Source of the DNA: a virus
Lineage: Duplodnaviria > Heunggongvirae > Uroviricota > Caudoviricetes
IMG/VR virus record: IMGVR_UViG_2698536443_000010
Span: 1-35,514 of that record
DNA: 35,514 nt
Reading direction: 5' to 3' (one strand)
Part shown: one piece after another, positions 8,694 through 17,772 of the stretch
How positions within the stretch are numbered: position 1 is the first letter of the stretch
Layout: each line of letters opens with the position of its first letter
Position numbers and translations under genes: made by a program
The notes under the pieces: generated by a model
What the model was told of the DNA's origin: nothing
Database searches by the model: none
The model's input: the letters and a program-made list of their open reading frames with translations, nothing else

Positions 8694-8697
8694 ACCA

Positions 8698-9009
8698 ATG
8701 ACGACACCAACCAGACGGATAAGTTTCTATCTGAAGCCTGCGGCCGTCAAGAACGAAAGCGAAGCATGCGCCTGGCTGGACAGCCTTACACCAGAAGCCC
8801 GCAAAAGCGGCCAACGCGTGGCTTTTCTGGCCGGGCTGGCACTTCTGAAAATGAATCCAGCAGAGGCTTACCGACTGGCTGCATGGGCTGACGATGAGGC
8901 GTTATCAGTGACACAAACCAGGACAGAATGCCCCGCGTCACAGCCAGTATCAACCGCACAGATAACCAGTCAGATGGCCGGAAATATCCGGGCATTATTT
9001 CCCGAATAA
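8698..9009 (+). CDS. parR: ParR-like adaptor candidate
   Basis: Immediately downstream of parM with AAGGAG RBS; RRISFYLKP...AGLALL...RALFPE resembles R1 ParR as recalled. Confidence 0.55.
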   Translation: MTTPTRRISFYLKPAAVKNESEACAWLDSLTPEARKSGQRVAFLAGLALLKMNPAEAYRLAAWADDEALSVTQTRTECPASQPVSTAQITSQMAGNIRALFPE

Positions 9010-9014
9010 CACAA

Positions 9015-9038
9015 CATCAGGGCGCATCCGCCCTGATG
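9015..9038. terminator. Hairpin downstream of parR-like gene
   Basis: Inverted repeat atcagggcg / cgccctgat with 4-nt loop; weak T tract. Confidence 0.4.
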
Positions 9039-9107
9039 ACTTTAATCCGGGAACATAAACAAGGGGGACAAAATGCAACACATTGACAGAGAAAAAGGAA
9101 AAAAAGC

Positions 9108-9326
9108 ATGAACAGAAAACAGAAACAAGAGTTGAAATACTTCTTACGTAAAGAAATTGCCAGGCTTGAAGATGCAGAGTCACAATCATCAGAAATTCCG
9201 TTCGGAATGGATATCAACGACGCCCGTATGCTTCAGGCATACCGTATAGCTCAGGCTGCACTACAGACAAAACCGTTAAATAACATACATGAAAAGTATG
9301 ATTATTTTACGGATACCGCTTGCTGA
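9108..9326 (+). CDS. Hypothetical protein
   Basis: 72-aa ORF in the A-to-cos accessory region. Confidence 0.4.
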   Translation: MNRKQKQELKYFLRKEIARLEDAESQSSEIPFGMDINDARMLQAYRIAQAALQTKPLNNIHEKYDYFTDTAC

Positions 9327-9511
9327 CATCTGAAGAACAAAAGATAGCCCAACTTTTAGGCGACGCATGGAACCTGTATTTAACATTGCCAGTTGAGCAT
9401 CCAATGGGTAGAGATGAATTTTGCCGGGCAATTCATCATTGCCAAAATATGATGTTGGCACGCCCGGCCATCAGGACGCTGGCCAGGAAGGGGCAAGGCT
9501 ATAAAAGATAA
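9320..9511 (+). CDS. Hypothetical protein
   Basis: 63-aa ORF; followed by a terminator hairpin. Confidence 0.35.
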   Translation: MLTSEEQKIAQLLGDAWNLYLTLPVEHPMGRDEFCRAIHHCQNMMLARPAIRTLARKGQGYKR

Positions 9512-9514
9512 GTA

Positions 9515-9544
9515 AAACGCCCTCCTCCATGGCGTTTATTTCAA
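9515..9544 (+). terminator. Rho-independent terminator
   Basis: Stem aaacgcc / ggcgttt with 9-nt loop, followed by tttattt. Confidence 0.6.
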
Positions 9545-9995
9545 TGCACAATAGTGCACAAATTTGCACAATTTTTTTGAACGACTTTTTGCCCTTCCGG
9601 CCCGCGTTGCGGCTGGATCCGTCAAGGATCCGTGCGTGCACAAAAAAACGCGCTTTTTCTGCGCGCAGGTGACGGGGGAACAGCCCGCGTTTCAGGGGGT
9701 AAATAGCATTCCCTGAACGATGTCGCAGCGACACAACAGAATGGCTGTATTTCTCACGCTGAGCGTGAAAAAGGCGTGAGGGCTTTTGATTTGATGGGGT
9801 GAAAGGTAAGGCCGTCAAAATCGCACTGAGGCGGCGAGAACATACAGTCAACGCGGTGGGATTGCGTAAGAGTCTGACCGTCGATGGTGGCGATAAACTG
9901 GAAGGCGTCGTGAAATTATCTGACTGATACAGGAGCTGGAGAGTCGGGGCATAAATTTTTTATGCCCCGGCGAAGCAGCAGACAAGCGAAGCGCG
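9545..9995. other. Non-coding region expected to hold cos and packaging signals (exact cos not identified)
   Basis: Position between the accessory region and portal Q as in P2; palindromes at 9722..9732, 9754..9768 and 9945..9969. Confidence 0.4.
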
Positions 9996-11042
9996 TCAGG
10001 ATGTGGGCTGGGTGTCTAACAGTGCGTAAGGGTTAAAGCGGATCACCTCTTCGCCAAGCCAGTCATTGATGTGCTTCATGGCCTCCATGACGGGCATCAG
10101 CTCGTTAATTGCGTAAACCCGCGCAGCCTTCTCCACATCACCAAACGCACTTTTTTCGCCCGGCATCGCCCCCATCAGTTGCGGCGGAACGCGGTGCGCA
10201 GCCAGCACATCATCACGGGATGCCGCCTTAACATTCATGAACTCATCCTTTGCGGTGATCTGCTGGAACGGCAAAATTTGCACCCCCTCTTTGCCCCCGT
10301 TGGGCGCATGGATGAGCACGTTTTTAAACGCACCACCACCACGCGCACCCTGTAACGTTTCTTTCAGGGAGTCCATGCTTTCGCGGTTTACCTGCGCTGC
10401 ACCGATGTAGATGATGCACCCGGCGTGGGATCCATTGTCGTAATACAGTTTTCTGAACATGTCCGCCGAATGAGACAGGCTGGCCGAGAGTAATGCGCCA
10501 AGATATTCCGGCATGCCGTAAATTTCCTGGTTAATGTCCGGATTCATCAGGTGGCACACTTTGCCAGGGCGAAACTGAAACGCGTCCTTGCCATCCTGCA
10601 CATACCACCATGATTCAAGATCGCTTCCGCGTCGCATGTATTTCGCCAGTGCGTGCCGTAATTTAAGTGGTTCGCCGAGCATATTGCTCCGAAGCTCAAG
10701 GAATGCGTTACCGAACACAAACCAGTCCAGCGCCAGCGCCGAGAAATCCTGCCGGGAAAGCAGCGGGTGCGGGATGTAGCAACCGAGCAATACATTGCGC
10801 TTAAAGTAAAGCGCAGACTGATGCCAGGACGTTTGCCGGGCGGCTCTTGCCAGACCGTACCAGTCCACCGGGGTTTCATACCACCGCCCGTTATCAGCAC
10901 AGTACATATTGTCCAGCAGGTCATGCCCGGTCAGGCGATAAGGACCATCAAATGTGAATGCACTGAGCGATGATTCTTTCCTGAGCGCATCAGCGAGATC
11001 AATGCGTGAACTCATGCGCACTTTTTTATTTTTTCTGCTCAT
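9996..11042 (-). CDS. Q: Portal protein, P2 gpQ-like
   Basis: 348-aa ORF immediately downstream of terminase P on the same strand; ATGA-type overlap with P. Confidence 0.9.
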   Translation of the reverse strand: MSRKNKKVRMSSRIDLADALRKESSLSAFTFDGPYRLTGHDLLDNMYCADNGRWYETPVDWYGLARAARQTSWHQSALYFKRNVLLGCYIPHPLLSRQDFSALALDWFVFGNAFLELRSNMLGEPLKLRHALAKYMRRGSDLESWWYVQDGKDAFQFRPGKVCHLMNPDINQEIYGMPEYLGALLSASLSHSADMFRKLYYDNGSHAGCIIYIGAAQVNRESMDSLKETLQGARGGGAFKNVLIHAPNGGKEGVQILPFQQITAKDEFMNVKAASRDDVLAAHRVPPQLMGAMPGEKSAFGDVEKAARVYAINELMPVMEAMKHINDWLGEEVIRFNPYALLDTQPTS

Positions 11043-12793
11043 CAGAACTCCATAACCGTGAAACGCTCGTTTTCTCCTTCGCCGCCAATCGGTTCGTTAA
11101 TGACAGCAAGCATGGTTGCCCACGCAAGGTCGCCGTGGCTGATCCCCCTCGCTCGGTCCGTTTCGTAAGTGATAAAGCCGCCCGGTGTTTTCACCTTACG
11201 CACGGCGTTAAAGGCCGCGACCAGCTCGCGTTCGGCGCGATCGTATTCCCACCGCCCGGCACGCATTATTTGCAGCATTTTCAGTGCCAGCGACCGTTTT
11301 GATGACAGCGTGAAGGTGTACGGAATAGCAGCAGGGAAAAACCGCTTCACTATCTGATAAACAGCCTCCCCGTTCCCGCCCGTCACATCAATGCCGATGT
11401 GTTCCACGTTGTAGCGATACGTGAACTCTTCAATGACTCTGGCCTGCTCTTCAAACTCCAGCCCCTGAACGCGTCGAGTCTCCACCGTTCGAAAACGGCC
11501 ACCAGGAACAGCCGGAGGAACCACAACGGACACAGCGCCGCTGTCGCCGTTGCCACTACTGCCGTTTGCGTCATACCCAATCCATACCGGACGATTCCCC
11601 ATCGGTCGGGGAGCAAAAGGTTTCCAGTCTTTCCAGTCGTCGTATCCGTCAACACCGCAGCCAATCAGGATATTCAGGTTAAATGCCGATTCCCCTTCGC
11701 GGACAAACTCACACATATAGAGATTGAGGAACTCGTCTTCGGTGTTTTCATCACGAATTTCGTCGATATCGGTGTGTTTCCAGCCGTGATTAACCACATC
11801 TTCCAGCGTGACAATTTGCCGCCACGTCCGGTCAGGGCAGATAAGCCTGTTATGCAGCGTTTTCCAGTCCACAGAAAAACGCTGGCGTTTATGCGAGGCC
11901 TTTTTCTCGTTCCAGCGGTCGCCATTCCAGTAGGCGTATGCCTCGTGCGTTTCGGTGGATGGCGTGGAGAAGTAGGTGCGCCGCAGTCCGCTGAGGGTTG
12001 CCATAGCGCCAGCCACCTTGCGCAGTTCAGCAAAGCGACTGACCCAGAAAAATTCATCAAAATAAAAATTGCCCGTATAGGACTGTGCCGACGCAGCAGA
12101 AGTGCCGAGAAAATGCAGCTCTGCGCCGTTGGAGAGGATGATTTTATCGCCCCCTTTCAGCTCCACATCAACTTCAGCCGCGGCCTTCTGAATAATGCTT
12201 TTAAACTGGAACGCCTGACGACGCGACGCAGACAAAAAAATCTGGTTACGCTGGTAAGGTTGCGCCACATCGTCACGCAGCGCCATCAGCAGCGCTTCCT
12301 GTGCAAAATACCAGGTCGCCCCAATCTGTCGGGATTTCAGGATCATCCTGTTACGTATCCCGGCTTCCCTGCAAAGGGTCAGGGAGTCAAACCAGCCCCG
12401 CTGATGCCACTCCAGCCTGCTGATGATTTTTTCCCGCAGTGCGGCAATCTGTTCCGGCGTGAAATGATTTTTGAGTTTTTTCGCCCGGCCTTTCTTTCCT
12501 GCGGCCATCACATCCGGCTGGCCATCATGCAGCTTTTTAAGCTGCCGGGTCAGCAGGTCTATTTCCTTAAAGTCACCGCCTGTTTTATTCTGTTTTTCAG
12601 TAAGCTGGATGAGGCGCGCATCGATGGACTGCGTGACACGCTGCACGGGTGGCGTTTCATCCCACTGGTCACGTTTTTTCCACGCATAAATCGTGTTCGG
12701 GTTTATTCCCATCAGACGTGATATTTCTGCGGGCGGATAACCCTGCCAGTAAAGTTGCCGCGCACGCTGGCGCACAAAAGCGTCCTGAATCAT
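11042..12793 (-). CDS. P: Terminase large (ATPase) subunit, P2 gpP-like
   Basis: 583-aa ORF divergent from O; N-terminal MIQDAFVRQRARQLYWQGYPPAEISRLMGINPNTIYAWKK HTH-like region. Confidence 0.9.
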   Translation of the reverse strand: MIQDAFVRQRARQLYWQGYPPAEISRLMGINPNTIYAWKKRDQWDETPPVQRVTQSIDARLIQLTEKQNKTGGDFKEIDLLTRQLKKLHDGQPDVMAAGKKGRAKKLKNHFTPEQIAALREKIISRLEWHQRGWFDSLTLCREAGIRNRMILKSRQIGATWYFAQEALLMALRDDVAQPYQRNQIFLSASRRQAFQFKSIIQKAAAEVDVELKGGDKIILSNGAELHFLGTSAASAQSYTGNFYFDEFFWVSRFAELRKVAGAMATLSGLRRTYFSTPSTETHEAYAYWNGDRWNEKKASHKRQRFSVDWKTLHNRLICPDRTWRQIVTLEDVVNHGWKHTDIDEIRDENTEDEFLNLYMCEFVREGESAFNLNILIGCGVDGYDDWKDWKPFAPRPMGNRPVWIGYDANGSSGNGDSGAVSVVVPPAVPGGRFRTVETRRVQGLEFEEQARVIEEFTYRYNVEHIGIDVTGGNGEAVYQIVKRFFPAAIPYTFTLSSKRSLALKMLQIMRAGRWEYDRAERELVAAFNAVRKVKTPGGFITYETDRARGISHGDLAWATMLAVINEPIGGEGENERFTVMEF

Positions 12794-12947
12794 TGCTCCC
12801 CCTGAGTAATTACAGGAAGATTACCCGCGCGCGAAACTGTTCTCCTTAACCCCCTGTTCTGGCCGTTTTCTTACAACAAAAACCCTTTGTATCAGCCTGT
12901 TACGCTTTGCCATCATGACTGAAGAACCAGTCAGAGGGGCAAAAACT
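12794..12947. promoter_or_regulatory. Divergent late promoter region (PP / PO equivalent)
   Basis: Intergenic between divergent P and O; promoter elements not pinpointed. Confidence 0.5.
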
Positions 12948-13784
12948 ATGGCTAATGAAAAAAAGACATCCCGCAAAAAGTTTCGCGTGGCTGTCTCCGG
13001 ATCAACTGTTGATGGCCGTGAAATCAGTCCGGTGCATCTGCGTGAAGCCGCCGAGAACTTCAACCCGGATGTTTACGCTGCCCGCGTGAACGTTGAGCAC
13101 TATCTCTCGCCATGCCCGTCAAGCGAATTTTCCGCAATGGGCGATGTCACCGCACTGAGTACGGAAGACATTACGGAAGGTCCGCTGGCCGGACGTACTG
13201 CGCTGTATGCAGAAATCGAACCGACCGAGCGCATGAAGCAGCTTGTCGCGGACGGCAAGAAAATCTATTCCAGTATCGAACTGCACCCGCAGTTCTCCGT
13301 TAACGGGCGCGCCTATCTGGTCGGGCTGGCGATGACCGACACCCCGGCAAGCCTGGGCACTGAGCGCCTGAAATTCACGGCACAGCAACGTCAGGCGGTG
13401 ATGACGTTCAACAGTATCCAGGGTGAAGCGCCGCTTATCTCCGAAGCCATCGAGTCTGAAATCATCGAAATGGCAGAACAACGCCAGGAAGAAGGCACCC
13501 AGTGGTTTAACCGCGTAATGGGGATTATTGGCCGTGGCCGCAAAGCGGATGACGCCAGTTTTTCCCGTATTCAGGAAGCGGTGGAAGGCGTCGCAACGTC
13601 ACAGGCCGACATTATCGACCGTTTTAATGTGCTGGAAACCCGCCATCAGCAGGACAGCCAGAAAATTACGTCACTGACCACAGAGCTGGCAGCACTGAAG
13701 GAAAAACTGCGCACGCAGGACGGCGATCCGCAGAACCGGTTCACCGCAACAGGTGCAGCCTCCGACCAGCTGGCTGACTTCTGA
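12948..13784 (+). CDS. O: Capsid scaffolding protein, P2 gpO-like
   Basis: MANEKKTSRKKFRVAVSGSTVDGREISP and YLVGLAMTDTPASLGTERLKF resemble P2 O; ORF extends in frame to 12915. Confidence 0.9.
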   Translation: MANEKKTSRKKFRVAVSGSTVDGREISPVHLREAAENFNPDVYAARVNVEHYLSPCPSSEFSAMGDVTALSTEDITEGPLAGRTALYAEIEPTERMKQLVADGKKIYSSIELHPQFSVNGRAYLVGLAMTDTPASLGTERLKFTAQQRQAVMTFNSIQGEAPLISEAIESEIIEMAEQRQEEGTQWFNRVMGIIGRGRKADDASFSRIQEAVEGVATSQADIIDRFNVLETRHQQDSQKITSLTTELAALKEKLRTQDGDPQNRFTATGAASDQLADF

Positions 13785-13807
13785 TAAGACAAAGGAGCAA
13801 ATTTTTT

Positions 13808-14860
13808 ATGAATCTGGTGATGTCAGATATTACCCGCAACAAGCTGGGTTGCTATATGGCGCAGCAGGCGTCGCTTAATAATATTCCGGTTTCCGCACTG
13901 GTATCGCGATTTACCGTGGAACCCTCGGTGCAGCAGCGTTTTGAAAACGCCTCAAAGGAAAGCACCGAATTTACAAAAAGAATTAACGTGATCGGCGTGA
14001 CCGACCAGAAAGGCGAAAAAATCCTCCTGGACACCACCGGGCCAATTGCACGCACGAATACCAGTTATGACGGCACAAAACGCCGTAACCCGAATAACGT
14101 GGTTGATCTGAAAAACCGCAAATACCAGTGCGAACAGGTGAACTACGACACGTTTATTTCATATCCGCAGCTTGATGCCTGGGCGGCACATCCTGATTTT
14201 CAGTCCCGCATCAGCGCACAGATTGCCCGACAGGTGGCGCTTGACCGCATCATGATCGGTTTCAACGGCACGTCTCACGCGGATGAGTCCAACTTCAGCA
14301 CCAACAAGCTGCTTCAGGACGTTAACGTGGGATGGCTGGAGCACATCAGAACCGACGCCAGCGAACGCGTTATGAATGACGTGACGCTGACCTCCCGCAA
14401 CATGGACAACACCGTGGCGCACGCGGGTAAGTATGCGAACGCTGATGCACTGGTACAGGACGCGCGTTCATCCCTGCTGGATGAATGGCACAAGGAAGCT
14501 GACGACCTTGTGGTGATTATGGGGCGCAACCTGTTTAACTCGCTGCGTCTGCCCGTGCTGAACAGCATCAGCGGCCAGAATCCCAATGCGGAATTACTTG
14601 CCGGGCAGCTCATCCTGTCATCGCGCACCATTGGCGGGCTGGGCGTGTTCCTTGCGCCGTTCTTCCCGGATGCAACGATGCTGATCACCTCGTTCAACAA
14701 CCTGTCGATTTACTGGCAGAAAGGTTCAATGCGTCGCCTGATGAAAGACGAGCCGGAATACAACCGCATCGCCACCTACCAGTCCATCAATGACGCTTAT
14801 GTCGTTGAAGACTATGGCAAGTGCGCGATGGTCACTGGCCTGAAGTTCGCCGACAGCTAA
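13808..14860 (+). CDS. N: Major capsid protein, P2 gpN-like
   Basis: FTVEPSV...KGEKI...MIGFNGT...LQDVNVGWL...DDLVVIMGR...FFPDATMLIT...NLSIYW...YVVEDY resemble P2 N; AAGGAG RBS. Confidence 0.9.
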   Translation: MNLVMSDITRNKLGCYMAQQASLNNIPVSALVSRFTVEPSVQQRFENASKESTEFTKRINVIGVTDQKGEKILLDTTGPIARTNTSYDGTKRRNPNNVVDLKNRKYQCEQVNYDTFISYPQLDAWAAHPDFQSRISAQIARQVALDRIMIGFNGTSHADESNFSTNKLLQDVNVGWLEHIRTDASERVMNDVTLTSRNMDNTVAHAGKYANADALVQDARSSLLDEWHKEADDLVVIMGRNLFNSLRLPVLNSISGQNPNAELLAGQLILSSRTIGGLGVFLAPFFPDATMLITSFNNLSIYWQKGSMRRLMKDEPEYNRIATYQSINDAYVVEDYGKCAMVTGLKFADS

Positions 14861-14905
14861 TCAACTCACGGCGGGCATCATGCCCGCCAGTAACGGAGAG
14901 AACAA

Positions 14906-15706
14906 ATGATTACTCCTGCACAGCAACACTGGCAGAACGTGATGGCACAGCGCGCAGGCCGGGCGAATGAAGGCGTGGACCACGCCGCGCGTACCGCGCA
15001 TGAAGAGGTGCTGTATCGTCTGCGTCTGGCACAGGCCCGGCTTAAGGGTGTACAGGCCAGAAGCGCGAAAGCCGCCATCAAAAAAGAGTTGTTGCCGGAT
15101 TTTTCCGGCTGGATTGAGGGAACGCTGGAGGCTGACGGCGGGCAGCAGGATGAAGTGATTGCCACGCTGATGGTGTGGGCGATTGACTGTGGCGATCTTC
15201 CGCTTGCGCTGCGTATCGGCGCGTATGTGGTCCGTCACAACCTCATCATGCCGGATAACTTTGGCCGTACTGCTGCCACGGTACTGACCGAAGAAATCTG
15301 TAATCCGGTACTGACGCAGGCCGGGACGGATGCCGACGCGGATTTGTCCGCCTTTATCGAACCACTGGACACCCTCCGGGAGATTGTCACCGACCAGGAC
15401 ATGCCGGACGAAGTGCGCGCCAAATTATGCAAAGCGTGCGCCTTTGCCCGCCGTGGCCTGAGTGATGCGGACAGCATGGCCCTGTCACTGAAGCTGCTGC
15501 GCGAAGCAATGCACCTGAACCCGAACGCAGGTGTGAAACGCGAGATTGCAACCCTTTCCCGCGCCCTGAAAAAAGCCGATTCCGCAGCCGCACCAGAAGA
15601 CGCCAGCGCACAGCAGGCGCAGGACGAAAGCAGCAAAAGTAAAAAGACAACGCGGAAGCCTGCAACACGAAAAACCACCGCGACGCAGAAGGCGAAGCGC
15701 GGTTAA
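14906..15706 (+). CDS. M: Terminase small (endonuclease) subunit, P2 gpM-like
   Basis: KKELLP...DMPDEVRAKL...AGVKREI and basic C-terminal tail resemble P2 M. Confidence 0.85.
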   Translation: MITPAQQHWQNVMAQRAGRANEGVDHAARTAHEEVLYRLRLAQARLKGVQARSAKAAIKKELLPDFSGWIEGTLEADGGQQDEVIATLMVWAIDCGDLPLALRIGAYVVRHNLIMPDNFGRTAATVLTEEICNPVLTQAGTDADADLSAFIEPLDTLREIVTDQDMPDEVRAKLCKACAFARRGLSDADSMALSLKLLREAMHLNPNAGVKREIATLSRALKKADSAAAPEDASAQQAQDESSKSKKTTRKPATRKTTATQKAKRG

Positions 15707-15807
15707 CGACTGACCCCGTCAGCGGGCGGCGTGCGCGGTGTTCCGGTTTGACTCCGTGACCGTTTACACCGCGCACCCACCGCCCGATTTTTTCAGGAGT
15801 GAACCCC

Positions 15808-16302
15808 ATGAGTATGGTTGCCAGAACCAACCCCGGACCCGCAGAGGACGACATCACCGATACCGATGATGGTGATACCCGTATTTCAGCGGGTGCATTC
15901 TGGCCGGATATTGTGCTGCGTGAACTGCGTCTGGCGGTACGACTGCCGGGGCGCGTGACCACCTCCCGCCTGCTGCATACCGCCACCGGAGCTGTGGCAC
16001 ACGTTACCCGCGAGCTGGAAGCATGGCAGCAGGAACAGCAGGCGGCTGGCCATCAGACGCTGGCCGATGTTCCGGCACCCGTAATTAACGGAGAAAGCGT
16101 CAATCTCTGGCACTGGCGCAATGCGGTTTACACCGCCACACGCGCCCTGATTCTGGAGCGTTACCGCGATGCGGACACAACGGACAAGGGCGACCGCCGG
16201 GCGGACGCACTGGATATACAGACATCGGATTTGTGGCGCGATGTGAGCTGGGCCATCTCTGACATTCTGTGCCGCCCGCGAATCTTTGCGGAGTTGTGCT
16301 GA
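15808..16302 (+). CDS. L: Head completion / stabilisation protein, P2 gpL-like
   Basis: GAFWPDIVLRELR...RLLHTATGAVAHVTRELEAWQ...INGESV...ILERYRD resemble P2 L; AGGAG RBS before ATG 15808. Confidence 0.85.
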   Translation: MSMVARTNPGPAEDDITDTDDGDTRISAGAFWPDIVLRELRLAVRLPGRVTTSRLLHTATGAVAHVTRELEAWQQEQQAAGHQTLADVPAPVINGESVNLWHWRNAVYTATRALILERYRDADTTDKGDRRADALDIQTSDLWRDVSWAISDILCRPRIFAELC

Positions 16303-16502
16303 TGAAAGTGAAGGCACTGGAAGGCGACACCGTGGATTCGCTCTGTTTCCGGTACTACGGCACGACGCAGGGCGTCACCGAAAAGGTGCTGGATGCCAAC
16401 CCCGGACTCTGTCAGCAGGTATTTCTGGACGCCGGGCAGGAAGTGGAGATGCCGGAGCCGGAGAAGAAGAAACGAGAAATGATTCAGTTGTGGGGGGAGT
16501 AG
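16302..16502 (+). CDS. X: Tail protein X, P2 gpX-like
   Basis: 66-aa ORF MKVKALEGDTVDSLCFRYYGTTQGV...; TGATG overlap with L stop. Confidence 0.8.
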   Translation: MKVKALEGDTVDSLCFRYYGTTQGVTEKVLDANPGLCQQVFLDAGQEVEMPEPEKKKREMIQLWGE

Positions 16503-16504
16503 CA

Positions 16505-16828
16505 GTGAGCACCATTCAAACAGGGATCACAGAGCAGGTTATTGCGTGGCTCTTTGACCACCTGCCAACGGTGTATGCAGTAGGCGCGGCGGTCAGCATT
16601 TCCGCGCTGATGAGTCTTTATGACGGACGAACACTGGTTCAGACCGTAACGGGATCGCTGGCGTGCGGCGTTCTTGCCATGGCCGTGGCCGGGTCGTTGC
16701 GCTTCTTCGGTTTTCCTGAAGATGCCGTGACGTTTATCGGCGCATCAATCGGTTTTATGGGCGCAGAGAAAGCACGCGACAAGGTTATTGCAGCCTTTAA
16801 TCGCAGGGTGAAGGAGAAGGACGAATGA
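16505..16828 (+). CDS. Putative holin (GTG start)
   Basis: 107 aa with hydrophobic segments and charged C-terminus (RRVKEKDE); immediately precedes endolysin with ATGA overlap. Confidence 0.65.
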   Translation: MSTIQTGITEQVIAWLFDHLPTVYAVGAAVSISALMSLYDGRTLVQTVTGSLACGVLAMAVAGSLRFFGFPEDAVTFIGASIGFMGAEKARDKVIAAFNRRVKEKDE

Positions 16829-17217
16829 GCAACACATTTAAATTCAGCAGCCGGAGCGAAAAGAATTTGCAGGGCGTAAATCCTGATCTGGTGAAAGTGA
16901 CCCGACGGGCACTGGAAATTTCGGAAGTGGATTTTGGTATCACCGAAGGGTTGCGCAGCCGTTACCGCCAGAAGCAACTTGTGGCCACAGGTAAGAGCCA
17001 GACCATGAACAGCCGCCACCTTACGGGACATGCCGTGGATGTTGTGGCTTATATCGGCAGCCAGGTGTCATGGGAGTGGCCGCTGTACGAAAAAATCGCA
17101 GCAGCATTCAGACAGGCCAGCCGGGAACTGAATATTCCGGTGGAATGGGGCGGCGACTGGAAGACCCTGAAAGACGGACCGCATTATCAGTTACCACACG
17201 GAGCCTATCCGGCATGA
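16825..17217 (+). CDS. Endolysin, peptidase M15-type (L-alanyl-D-glutamate peptidase-like)
   Basis: SRHLTGHAVDV and WGGDW...DGPHYQL motifs typical of M15 zinc peptidase endolysins; lysis cassette context. Confidence 0.75.
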   Translation: MSNTFKFSSRSEKNLQGVNPDLVKVTRRALEISEVDFGITEGLRSRYRQKQLVATGKSQTMNSRHLTGHAVDVVAYIGSQVSWEWPLYEKIAAAFRQASRELNIPVEWGGDWKTLKDGPHYQLPHGAYPA

Positions 17218-17621
17218 AGCTCTGGCCCACGCTGGGCGTCGCTTTCCTTCTGATTGCCGCATGGGGAACATCCATGCGTCTGTCGTGGTCGCTGGGCCGG
17301 GAGAACGCCAGAAACGAAGCGCAGGCCAGCGCCCTGAAAAGCACCGTCGACAACCTGAATATCATCAGCACCGGGGTACAGGATATGCAGCAGGTGCTGG
17401 CGCAACTCCGCGTGGAAAATCAACAGCGAAATCAGGACGGAGAGGCCAGACGTGAACAGCTACGCAACGATATTGCAAAAGATGAATGCGCCCACGCTTT
17501 GCCTGACGCTCGTTTTACTGACAGGTTGCGCAGGCACGCAGAACGCGCCACGGCCAGCGCCGTCAGTCCGGCTTATACCGCAGACGCTGACCATACCGGT
17601 AACACCTCCCCCCTTCCCTGA
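17214..17621 (+). CDS. i-spanin (Rz / LysB-like)
   Basis: N-terminal TM segment MKLWPTLGVAFLLIAAWG followed by coiled-coil periplasmic domain; ATGA overlap with endolysin. Confidence 0.6.
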   Translation: MKLWPTLGVAFLLIAAWGTSMRLSWSLGRENARNEAQASALKSTVDNLNIISTGVQDMQQVLAQLRVENQQRNQDGEARREQLRNDIAKDECAHALPDARFTDRLRRHAERATASAVSPAYTADADHTGNTSPLP

Positions 17622-17772
17622 CACTCCCACATGGGGAAATCTCGGTATATGGGGCGACCGCCTTCTGGATGCACTGGAAACCTGTAACGCGGATAAACGG
17701 GCCATTGAATTACTGGAACAGCGCAGACTGCAACGACTGAACAACGAGGACAACAACTATGCTGAAAACTGA
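17452..17772 (+). CDS. o-spanin (Rz1 / LysC-like lipoprotein), overlapping i-spanin in another frame
   Basis: Signal peptide with lipobox LLTGC, Pro-rich mature part (PVTPPPFPDTP); start within the i-spanin gene, extends past its stop. Confidence 0.55.
   Translation: MNSYATILQKMNAPTLCLTLVLLTGCAGTQNAPRPAPSVRLIPQTLTIPVTPPPFPDTPTWGNLGIWGDRLLDALETCNADKRAIELLEQRRLQRLNNEDNNYAEN

Noticed and set aside
8563-8697. Upstream start for the ParR-like ORF at 8563
   Set aside because: Overlaps the ParM-like gene; ATG 8698 has an AAGGAG RBS and ParR-like similarity begins there.
9545-9995. Exact cos cohesive-end site
   Set aside because: No convincing match to the P2 or 186 cos sequence as I recall it; only the region is annotated.
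11399-12721. 440-aa ORF on the plus strand
   Set aside because: Entirely antisense to terminase P, which has clear homology; composition artefact.
12794-12947. Ogr-type late promoter boxes (TGT-N12-ACA)
   Set aside because: Searched by eye here, upstream of V and in 30264..30420; no exact match found, so no late promoter is annotated at base level.
15387-15986. 199-aa minus-strand ORF
   Set aside because: Antisense overlap with M and L, which are well supported by homology and gene order.
16286-16504. Upstream part of the 180-aa ORF 16286..16828
   Set aside because: Overlaps gene X in another frame; holin more plausibly starts at GTG 16505 just after the X stop.
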